DNA of 64,000 nucleotides, from contig CAISJL010000157.1 of the NCBI GenBank assembly GCA_903885665.1, forward strand, positions 15,002 to 79,001, read 5' to 3'. A program made the translations under genes and the position numbers. The stretch is from an uncultured beta proteobacterium. Its GTDB lineage: Bacteria > Pseudomonadota > Gammaproteobacteria > Burkholderiales > SG8-41. The stretch's first letter is position 1, and each line of letters starts with the position of its first letter. This document shows positions 51,472 through 59,692 of this stretch, piece by piece. The notes below the pieces were generated by a model. The model made no database searches. It had not been told where the DNA came from and saw only the letters and a program-made list of their open reading frames with translations.

Positions 51472-52710
51472 TTAAAGTGTCGCTAACCGCTCAACCCATT
51501 GTACTTGTTGGGGAAGACAGATGGTTTCAAGGTCGTAGTGCTTTTTAGCAAAGGTGCGTGCGGTACGGCCTAAGTGTTCTCGACGGTCTGGTTGATCTAG
51601 TAAATTAATGACTTCAGTGGTAAGGGCGGCAACATCAAAAAAATCAACTAAGCGACCCGTCACATTATGTTGAATAACTTCGTGTAGTGGTTGGGTATTG
51701 CTAGCGACAATAGCGCATCCAATACTCATGGCCTCTAATAAGCTCCAAGATAATACAAATGGATAAGTCAGGTAAACGTGCACTGTTGAGACTTGGAGTA
51801 AACTCAGATAATCTTGATAAGGAATATTACCTAGGAAATGAACCCGCACCCAGTCAGCGTCTGAAATTTTTGGACGAACTTCATCAATAAAAATATCTTT
51901 CCAGTTTTTGCCCGCTTTAGGTTTTGATCCATAGCTAACGCCATTCCCGCCCACGATCAGTATGTGTGCATTGGGGCGACTTTTCAGTAACTCGGGCAGC
52001 GCACGCATGAAAATATGATAGCCACGGTAAGGCTCTAGATTGCGATTAATAAAAGTAATGATTTCGTCGTTACGAGTGAATGGTCTATTTTGAAGGGGTT
52101 GATAAGTTGCCAAGAGATTAGGTTTGGCAATATTCGTATGAATACCATCATGGATCACCTGCATTTTAGCTCGAAAATTTTCTGGAAACGTGCTGGCTTG
52201 CCAGTGAGTAGGGGAAATCCACGCATCAGAGAGATTAAAATGGAGATGATTATTCAGATTTTTTAAGCTTAAGCGGCACGGCTCGGTAATGTCATTGCGA
52301 AGCCCAAATTCAGGATCAAAATTCATATCGCCACCCGCTAATTTATAGTAATACTCACCATAAGTGCCGAGACGCGTTAGTGGCCAAATATGCTTCAGAA
52401 AGAGTGAATCTCCCCACGCCGGATGAGCAATGATGACATCTGGGGTAAACCCTTCAGACTTAAGGCGGTGGGCTGCTCTAAAGCAAGCCTCACCACGGAT
52501 TGTTTTAGATTCAAAGTCGGCAAGCCACGGGTGTATGTTTGCTGACGAGCGACGTTCGACAGAATAGCTGACTAATGATACGCCTTGCCAGACATGAGTA
52601 TTGTATGCACGAAGCGCTAACGCAACGACTGTGTGACCGCGCCGCACCAGTTCGGGCGCTAAGTGTTTAAACTGACCCGGAAAATTTTGATGCACAAATA
52701 AGATATTCAT
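51472..52710 (-). CDS. GT4-family (group 1) glycosyltransferase
   Basis: The protein begins MNILFVHQNFPGQFKHL and has a C-terminal GT-B half with the E(x7)E-type region LLEAMSIGCAIVAS. The start is set at ATG 52710. Confidence 0.78.
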   Translation of the reverse strand: MNILFVHQNFPGQFKHLAPELVRRGHTVVALALRAYNTHVWQGVSLVSYSVERRSSANIHPWLADFESKTIRGEACFRAAHRLKSEGFTPDVIIAHPAWGDSLFLKHIWPLTRLGTYGEYYYKLAGGDMNFDPEFGLRNDITEPCRLSLKNLNNHLHFNLSDAWISPTHWQASTFPENFRAKMQVIHDGIHTNIAKPNLLATYQPLQNRPFTRNDEIITFINRNLEPYRGYHIFMRALPELLKSRPNAHILIVGGNGVSYGSKPKAGKNWKDIFIDEVRPKISDADWVRVHFLGNIPYQDYLSLLQVSTVHVYLTYPFVLSWSLLEAMSIGCAIVASNTQPLHEVIQHNVTGRLVDFFDVAALTTEVINLLDQPDRREHLGRTARTFAKKHYDLETICLPQQVQWVERLATL

Positions 52711-52806
52711 AAATATAAAAAATAAAATAAAGAATTCAAAATAAGTGACAGGTGTGGTGGGCGTAGTAGTCGAGAGTTGCAATCAGTGATGAGGGTTTAA
52801 ATGCGC

Positions 52807-54009
52807 TTACAGCGAACGATAGACCTGCGCTAAAGTAGCTACTCCCTGATGAATTTCTTCGTGGCTTAGACTCGCAAAACATAAACGCATACGATTGCGA
52901 GCGTGTGGTTTATTCACAGACCATTCTGGGCCAGGGTTAATCGCTACACCGGCTGCTTGTGCCTGCTGAAACAGCGCTAGGGTGTCAATATGCTCTGGAA
53001 GTGTGACCCATAAAAATATCCCACCTTGTACATCATCAAAAGATACAGCATCACCAAAATGGGTGTGCAGTGCTTCTTTTAGGGTGATGAATTTATTATG
53101 CAAGCCTTTGCGTAGTGCAACGATATGTTTGCCAAAGTGACTTTGGCAATACTCAGCGAGAACCATCTGCTCTAAAGCGCCAGACCCAGCATCTGTTTTA
53201 AGCGACAAAATATGTGACAAAACATTCCAAGAGGCAACAATAAATCCAACGCGTAGAGCAGGTGCAATAGATTTAGAAAACGAGCCAATATGAATAACAT
53301 TATTGTATGGACTCATCGCATATAGCGCCGGCGGGCGCTCTCCAGACCATGTGAGATCAGCGTAGCAATCGTCTTCAAAAATGGGAACGCCATGCGTATG
53401 CGCGAGTTGGAGCAAGCGTTCGCGGTGCGATGTTGGCATGATGGTGCTGCTTGGATTTTGAACCGTTGGGATTGTATAAATATATTTCGGCCGAACACCT
53501 TTGGATGAAAGCGCATTAAGCACGGATGCTAATACATCTATACGCATACCCTGTTCATTGAGGGGTATGCCAATCGGATTGACGCCCATGCGTAATAAGC
53601 GATTAATCGAGCCTTGATAGCAATCCTCTTCAATGATGACCGTGTCGCCCCGTGTGAGTAGGGTGTGATTAATCAAATCGATGGCTTGCAATGAGCCCGA
53701 GGTGATTAAAATGTCGTTGACTGTGCACTGAATGGCGGCATCGGCGAGTAATTTTTTGACCAAAAATTCACGTAAAGGGCGATACCCTTGCGGGCCGCTG
53801 TTTAAACTATATGTTGAAAGCGAACGACCTTCGCGTTTTAACACAGTTTCAGTTGCTACTATTAAATCTTGGAGCGGTAACTGATCCGGATCATTATTGC
53901 CACCAGTAAAATCAAACTTTGGTCGGCCAGTCCAACGCATTGCCGCAGGAGGAAGACCAGGTGCTAATAGGGGAGCGAAGTCAAATGTAGTGTCTGTAGT
54001 CGAGTGCAT
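52807..54009 (-). CDS. PLP-dependent aminotransferase, class I/II fold
   Basis: 400-aa ORF containing IYTIPTVQNPS, FEDDCY and the Lys site GSFSKSIAPALRVGF. Confidence 0.85.
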   Translation of the reverse strand: MHSTTDTTFDFAPLLAPGLPPAAMRWTGRPKFDFTGGNNDPDQLPLQDLIVATETVLKREGRSLSTYSLNSGPQGYRPLREFLVKKLLADAAIQCTVNDILITSGSLQAIDLINHTLLTRGDTVIIEEDCYQGSINRLLRMGVNPIGIPLNEQGMRIDVLASVLNALSSKGVRPKYIYTIPTVQNPSSTIMPTSHRERLLQLAHTHGVPIFEDDCYADLTWSGERPPALYAMSPYNNVIHIGSFSKSIAPALRVGFIVASWNVLSHILSLKTDAGSGALEQMVLAEYCQSHFGKHIVALRKGLHNKFITLKEALHTHFGDAVSFDDVQGGIFLWVTLPEHIDTLALFQQAQAAGVAINPGPEWSVNKPHARNRMRLCFASLSHEEIHQGVATLAQVYRSL

Positions 54010-54165
54010 GGTGCGCCCTTTGTGATGAATTTATGGTTATCTTTATGGTTGTTATTATGTGGTTGTTATTATGGCTGTGATTCATGGAGTAGTGGTTATT
54101 AATTTTATTTAATGGTATTGAATTTAATCTATTGCATGGCATGACATCAGTGGATCATAAGCTAG

Positions 54166-54195
54166 TGATGATGTGATGATGTGATGATGTGATGA
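54166..54195. repeat. 8-nt tandem repeat (TGATGATG) x3.75
   Basis: Read directly from the 54010-54860 spacer. Confidence 0.9.
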
Positions 54196-54669
54196 ACCAA
54201 TGAGACATCAGTGAATGTTTTGATAAAACATTGTATATATTCAGGAATAAACAAATTAGTCGTTTTAATGAAATTAAAAACGGTAAAAATGCATTGTCAT
54301 GTCAATATTAAATGCATAATTCTGGAAAATGCATATCAATATAGTGATAAACTTCTATTGCATGTCAATCGCGTGATGCGTGTCTACATCCAAGACCTTA
54401 AGACTGAACAAGCCTAGTGTTTCTATATCTGAGCGCCACTGATAAACCTAGAGTTTTCCAATCGTAACGGGCTAAGTTCGCGGATTAGCTGGTGCTCAAG
54501 TGCACCATTGGGGATCGTCATTTTTGCGAATACATGAATGCTCGTGTGCTGTAAGTCAATGCATGTGGTGGCATGTTTATGATGTGGTTATTGTGTAGGA
54601 TCAATACTGTTATGGGTAATCGCTGGCTACAACAAACACTCGCAAGTGATGAGCGATAAGAAGAAAGGA

Positions 54670-54697
54670 TAGGAAGCAAAGGACAGGAAGCAAAGGA
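54670..54697. repeat. 14-nt tandem duplication (AGGAAGCAAAGGAC x2)
   Basis: Exact copies lie at 54670-54683 and 54684-54697. Confidence 0.95.
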
Positions 54698-54860
54698 CAC
54701 AGACTACACAATGTAAGGCGTGACTTGTAGTGCTGAGTTGTGGTGGTCTGTTGAGCATGCTCAGTGTAGTATTTACGCCGATTAGATGACGCTATGATTA
54801 TGATAAGCTCGGTGAATCTGCATATGATTAAGTATCGATAAACGCGCACAGGAGATCTGA

Positions 54861-55673
54861 ATGAGTTTCGAACACATTGCTAATGATTATGGTTTGATGG
54901 GTAAAGTCGCGATAGTGTCTGGTGCAGGTGGTCCCATTGGAGATGGTTTAGAAGAGGGTGTGACTAATGGTCGTGCTACAGCCATTTTGCTGGCGCGCGC
55001 CGGTGCAAAAGTGTGTGTAGTAGGCCGCACACTAGAGCTTGCTCAACATACAGTGAATATTATTCAACAAGAAGGTGGTGAAGCGTTTGCACATGTTGCT
55101 GACGTTACCAAAGAGGCGGAATGTAAGGCGGTTGTGGAGGCTACGATGGCACGTTATGGCCGGGTGGATTGTCTGGATAATAATGTCGGACGTAGTGCGC
55201 CAGGCGATGTGGTTGAGATGAGTCTTGAAGAGTGGCGCAATATGTTTGCCTTGAATGTCGATAGCATGATGTTGATGTGTAAGTATGCGATTCCCGCCAT
55301 GGTCGCAGGTGGCGGCGGGTCGATTGTGAATATTGGTTCTCTACGCAGTATTCGACCCCAAAACTCCACAGTGTATTCGGTGACCAAGGGTGCAGTGGTC
55401 GCGCTTACTGCAACCTTGGCCGCCGATCATGGCGCACAAGGCATACGCGCTAATTGTATTATTCTTGGCCCTGTATTTACGCCAAACATTAATCGCAATC
55501 TCACGCCTGAGCGTAGACGCTTGCGGGCAGAAGCCTCTTTGATGAAGCGTGAAGGCAGTGGTTGGGATACTGGTCATTTGGCGCGATTCTTATTGTCTGA
55601 GCAGTCTAAATTTATGACTGGCCAGAGCATCTGTCTGGACGGTGGCGCATCATTGGTGGGGCCATCACGCTAA
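54861..55673 (+). CDS. short-chain dehydrogenase/reductase (SDR)
   Basis: 270-aa ORF containing VSGAGG.IG, NNVG, the active-site sequence SVTKGAV (Y-x3-K: YSVTK) and a preceding GGAG Shine-Dalgarno sequence. Confidence 0.9.
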   Translation: MSFEHIANDYGLMGKVAIVSGAGGPIGDGLEEGVTNGRATAILLARAGAKVCVVGRTLELAQHTVNIIQQEGGEAFAHVADVTKEAECKAVVEATMARYGRVDCLDNNVGRSAPGDVVEMSLEEWRNMFALNVDSMMLMCKYAIPAMVAGGGGSIVNIGSLRSIRPQNSTVYSVTKGAVVALTATLAADHGAQGIRANCIILGPVFTPNINRNLTPERRRLRAEASLMKREGSGWDTGHLARFLLSEQSKFMTGQSICLDGGASLVGPSR

Positions 55674-56000
55674 ACGCTAGACAATAGTTTTTATTCTGAC
55701 GGTTGGCAGGTCTATGTGTTTCAAAGGCAGTGGACAGTGAGATGATTGAGAAACGCCGGCAAAAAACATAGATCTGTTAATTGTAGATGCTTAGGCAATG
55801 CCCAGTGGGTAAGCTGCAAAAAATTTAAAAAATTTAAAAAATGTAAGAAATTCAATCAATTCAATCAATGCAAGAAATGCAACAAACGCAAGATCTGCAA
55901 CAACCACAACAACTGAAATGGTTGCCCCTCAATCTAAAAACCGCATGCACTGCGCTATAAAATAAAACGGTTTACAGATGAATGTACTCACAATGACACA

Positions 56001-57236
56001 ATGCAGCCCCTTACACTGGCGACCATGATTGCTCATGAAGATTCATTTTTAGAGCAGATTCTAAAATTTGACGATCAAGGTCAAGCTTCATCGCAATCGA
56101 GCAGTGAAGGCATTCCTTATGTGACTAATGCCTTTTGGACAGCACGTCAACGGCAAGCCCATAGCTTGCACGAGATTAGTTATCGCGCATGTTTTAAACC
56201 ACAACTCCCCGAGTTCTTTATCGCGCGCCTCACCCAGCCGGGCGATACGGTCTACGACCCCTTTATGGGTCGCGGCACTACCCCACTGCAAGCGGCGTTG
56301 ATGGGTCGGTGCGCAGTGGGCAACGATATTAATCCATTAAGTATATTGTTCACACGGCCGCGACTGCGTCCACCAACACTAGAGGCAGTAGCACAGCGAC
56401 TTCAACAAGTGGATTGGCAATGTGGCGAAATTGAAAATGAAGAATTACTGGTTTTTTATAGTCCACAAACCCTACGCCACATATATGCTCTGCGTCAGTG
56501 GTTGTTAGCGCGTGCACCGATTGATCGAGTAGTCGACCCGGTCGATGATTGGATACGCATGGTAGCGATTAATCGACTCACAGGTCATTCGAGTGGTTTT
56601 TTCTCAGTCTATACCTTGCCACCTAATCAGGCGGTGTCGATCGCATCACAACGAAAAATCAATGCCAAAAGAAATCAAACTCCAGTCGATCGTGATATTC
56701 AAAAGATCATATTAAAAAAGACGCGGTCTTTGCTACGAGACGCGGCGATAGTGAATGCTGCAGTCGGGCAGCCCTATAGTTGCTTAACCACAGGGCCTGC
56801 TGAGCGTAATGCGCAACTGCGTGCAGCTTCAGTGCAGTTGGTCATCACCTCGCCACCGTTTCTGGATATTGTGCAATATGCTGATGATAATTGGTTACGC
56901 AATTGGTTTTCTGGCATTGATACCCAAAGCTTAGCTATCGCGCATCACCGACATGCTAGTGATTGGCAACACATGGTTGCTGCAACCTTGCAAGAGTTAA
57001 CAAGGGTAGTGGCGGTTGGCGGACATATTGCGTTTGAAGTTGGTGAAGTGCGTCATGGGCAGGTGATGTTAGAACAACAAGTGTGGGCAGCAGCCGAGGG
57101 CTTGCCCCTAGAACGCATCGCCGTGATGATTAATCAACAAACTTTTTCTAAGACTGCTAATTGCTGGGGCGTGGACAATAATACGCAAGGCACAAATAGC
57201 AATCGAATTGTCATTTTGCGGCGCATTGCTGATTAA
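56001..57236 (+). CDS. N6/N4 DNA methyltransferase family protein (motif I before motif IV, long spacer)
   Basis: 411-aa ORF with the AdoMet-binding motif DPFMGRGTTPLQA at about aa 86 and the catalytic motif TSPPF at about aa 285. Confidence 0.72.
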   Translation: MQPLTLATMIAHEDSFLEQILKFDDQGQASSQSSSEGIPYVTNAFWTARQRQAHSLHEISYRACFKPQLPEFFIARLTQPGDTVYDPFMGRGTTPLQAALMGRCAVGNDINPLSILFTRPRLRPPTLEAVAQRLQQVDWQCGEIENEELLVFYSPQTLRHIYALRQWLLARAPIDRVVDPVDDWIRMVAINRLTGHSSGFFSVYTLPPNQAVSIASQRKINAKRNQTPVDRDIQKIILKKTRSLLRDAAIVNAAVGQPYSCLTTGPAERNAQLRAASVQLVITSPPFLDIVQYADDNWLRNWFSGIDTQSLAIAHHRHASDWQHMVAATLQELTRVVAVGGHIAFEVGEVRHGQVMLEQQVWAAAEGLPLERIAVMINQQTFSKTANCWGVDNNTQGTNSNRIVILRRIAD

Positions 57237-57397
57237 AAAATCGAGTACTGCGCAACCTAAAGCAGAGTTAAATTGCGCTTTGAGGTCCGCGTACTGGTCT
57301 GTGCATTGATTTTATTCATGATCTTCGTTACGTTCGATGATGGATATCAAAGATAACCCTTGAGTATGCAAACATAGGGTCGCACAGAGAGGACGTA

Positions 57398-58399
57398 ATG
57401 AAACAATTCAAAATAATATGGAGTGTGCTGTGCACTGCACTGTGCTCCGTAGTGTGTGCAATACTGGTGTTATGGCCTAAGCCTGGCGTGAGTGCAGATG
57501 GATACCCTAATCGACCGATCCGCTTGATTATTCCATTTGCGCCCGGTGGGGCTACCGATGTCGTGGCTCGAATTCTAGGATCTAAATTGACCGAGAAATT
57601 AGGTCAGCAAATCGTGATGGATATTCGCCCGGGTGCTGGCAGCGTGTTGGGCACGGACATTGGCGCTAAAGCCAGTCCTGATGGATATACCATTGTGCTG
57701 GTGGCCACAGCACATGTATTGAATACGGGTTTGCTCGCTAGGTTGCCTTATGATGCCATTACTGATTTCTCGCCGATATCGATGGTGGTTGAGTCACCAT
57801 TAATCTTTTTGGTGCCGCCTAATTTGGGGGTCAATACCATAGGTGAATTAATTGCAACAGCGAAAGCTAAGCCCGGTAGTATGAGTTATGGCTCAGCTGG
57901 GCAAGGCACGAGTGGTCATTTGGCGACCGAACTCTTAAAGTTGCGTGCGGGTATTCAAATGATACATGTGCCCTATAAGGGCGCAGGTCAGGCCTTGATT
58001 GATTTGCTCGGTGGCCAGATTCAGATGCTGTGTACCAGCACAGTGCCGTCCTTACCCCATGTTCGCACAGGCAAACTGAAAGGTATTGCAGTCACTACAC
58101 GTACACGCTCGCGCGCTGCACCCGAGATCCCGACAGTGGCAGAGTCCGGGCTTCCCGGTTTTCAAGCAACGACTTGGTATGCATTACTAGCACCTGCCAA
58201 AACACCAGAACCGATTATTAAAACCTTACACCTAGCCTTGACCCAAGTATTGCGCACACCAGCAGTGGCAGAACAATTAATTGCCCAAGGTGCAGAGCCA
58301 ATGCCGAATAGCCCAGATGAATTGCGACATTTTTTTAAAAACGAGATTGAGATCTGGACCAAGGTGATTAAGCAAGCCAATATTCGGCCCAATACTTAA
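57398..58399 (+). CDS. Bug/TctC family periplasmic solute-binding protein
   Basis: 333-aa ORF with a signal peptide, YPNRPIRLIIPFAPGGATDV and HVPYKGAGQ. Confidence 0.9.
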   Translation: MKQFKIIWSVLCTALCSVVCAILVLWPKPGVSADGYPNRPIRLIIPFAPGGATDVVARILGSKLTEKLGQQIVMDIRPGAGSVLGTDIGAKASPDGYTIVLVATAHVLNTGLLARLPYDAITDFSPISMVVESPLIFLVPPNLGVNTIGELIATAKAKPGSMSYGSAGQGTSGHLATELLKLRAGIQMIHVPYKGAGQALIDLLGGQIQMLCTSTVPSLPHVRTGKLKGIAVTTRTRSRAAPEIPTVAESGLPGFQATTWYALLAPAKTPEPIIKTLHLALTQVLRTPAVAEQLIAQGAEPMPNSPDELRHFFKNEIEIWTKVIKQANIRPNT

Positions 58400-58457
58400 T
58401 ACGCCATACCAACTGTATGTTGGTGAGCGACGGTAGATCAGAATAGGAGTCAAAAGT

Positions 58458-59417
58458 ATGCAAACCAAAAATATGCAAACTAAAGCAGCCATAATGCGCG
58501 CTTTACTGCGCGAAGGTATTGTAGTCTCACCAGGCATTTATGATGGTTTGAGTGCGCGGATGGTTGAGCGCGCAGGGTTTAAGGCGGCCGCAACGGGCGG
58601 TAGTGGTTTTTCGAATGCGTTAATGGGGCAGCCTGATATTGGTTTGTTGTCGATGACCGAGAACGTCGATGCTTGCCGACATTTAGTACGCTCGGTATCT
58701 ATCCCGATTATGGCGGATGCCGAAACCGGTTATGGTAATCCGGTCACGGTTTATCACGCCGTACAGTATTTTGAAGAAGCTGGAGTGGTGGGCATGAATA
58801 TCGAAGATCAATTAAGCCCGAAGCGCTGTGGTCATATGCAAGGCAAAGAATTAATTAGTCCGCGTGAGATGGCCAAAAAAATTGAAGCTGCTGTTAAAGC
58901 CAAGAAAGATCCAGATTTTATTATTAATGCGCGCACCGATGCGATTGCTGTAGAGGGCTTAGACAGTGCGATACGCCGTGCTCAACTCTATGTTTCAGCA
59001 GGTGCTGATATGGTGTTTCCGGACGCAGTGCATACTGAAGATGACATCCGACGCTTTGTTGACGCCGTATCCGTCCCCGTCAGCATTAATATGGGATTTG
59101 CGATTCGGTCGCGACCAACAACGCCCCTGATTTCAGTGAAACGACTCGCCGAGCTGGGTGTGGCGCGGGTGTCTGCAGCTCGGATGTTGCCAGCGGCTGC
59201 ATTAATGGGCATGCACAAAGCATTAGAGGTATTGAATGAGAGCCTCAGTAGTGGCGAAGTGCGTGATCGTCCCGATTTAATCTACGGCATGGAAGAAATT
59301 ACTAGCTTGATGGGCTATGCCCATATTGCTGATTTAGAATCGATGTTTTTGCTCGAGGAGCAATTACAAAACAAATACGGCACTGCCAAGCCCGATTATG
59401 TGATTAGAGAGTCGTGA
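58458..59417 (+). CDS. isocitrate lyase / PEP mutase superfamily enzyme (methylisocitrate-lyase / oxaloacetate-decarboxylase-like)
   Basis: 319-aa ORF containing PG.YDG.SAR, ATGGSGFS, ADAETGYGN and NIEDQ..PKRCGH..GK. AGGAG lies 8 nt upstream of the ATG. Confidence 0.85.
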   Translation: MQTKNMQTKAAIMRALLREGIVVSPGIYDGLSARMVERAGFKAAATGGSGFSNALMGQPDIGLLSMTENVDACRHLVRSVSIPIMADAETGYGNPVTVYHAVQYFEEAGVVGMNIEDQLSPKRCGHMQGKELISPREMAKKIEAAVKAKKDPDFIINARTDAIAVEGLDSAIRRAQLYVSAGADMVFPDAVHTEDDIRRFVDAVSVPVSINMGFAIRSRPTTPLISVKRLAELGVARVSAARMLPAAALMGMHKALEVLNESLSSGEVRDRPDLIYGMEEITSLMGYAHIADLESMFLLEEQLQNKYGTAKPDYVIRES

Positions 59418-59426
59418 GTCACTAGT

Positions 59427-59497
59427 GATGAATTGAGATACATGAATTGAGATAGATGAGTTGAGAAAGATGAATTGAGATACATGAATTCAAAGAT
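59427..59497. repeat. degenerate 14-nt tandem array ((C/G)ATGAATTGAGATA, about 5 copies)
   Basis: Exact cores lie at 59428-59440, 59442-59454 and 59470-59482, with variant copies between and after them. Confidence 0.85.
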
Positions 59498-59613
59498 AAG
59501 CATTGAAAATCATGCTTGGCATACCGGGCGTTGATTGCCTGGTATCGCTGATGATGTGATTGAACAGTATAGTATTTTAAGTAGAAAACAAAGTAGTCAA
59601 CGAACTGTCAAAT

Positions 59614-59644
59614 CAATGTATTCAATAAATTTTTGAATACATTG
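59614..59644. promoter_or_regulatory. perfect 12-bp inverted repeat (candidate operator or 5'-UTR hairpin)
   Basis: CAATGTATTCAA (59614-59625), a 7-nt AT spacer, then TTGAATACATTG (59633-59644). The repeat lies about 50 nt upstream of ATG 59693. Confidence 0.45.
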
Positions 59645-59692
59645 GCAAATCAACTAGCAAACAAACGTGTACACATAGGAAGGATAGAGAAG

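Noticed and set aside
54211-54417. A 68-aa ORF in the AT-rich spacer.
   Set aside because: The sequence is low-complexity and Ile/Lys/Asn-rich. It has a GTG start, no Shine-Dalgarno sequence, and runs through palindromic motifs.
55868-55960. A 30-codon Gln-rich ORF (MQEMQQTQDLQQPQQLKWLPLNLKTACTAL) upstream of the methyltransferase.
   Set aside because: It arises from CAA/CAG-type tandem repeat stutter (GCAAGAAATGCAACAAACGCAAGA...). It has no RBS. It is kept only as a note.
59633-59692. The ORF-track start (TTG 59633), which would extend the selenoprotein N-terminus by 20 aa.
   Set aside because: The TTG lies inside the perfect 12-bp inverted repeat. ATG 59693 has a strong AGGAAGGA Shine-Dalgarno sequence.
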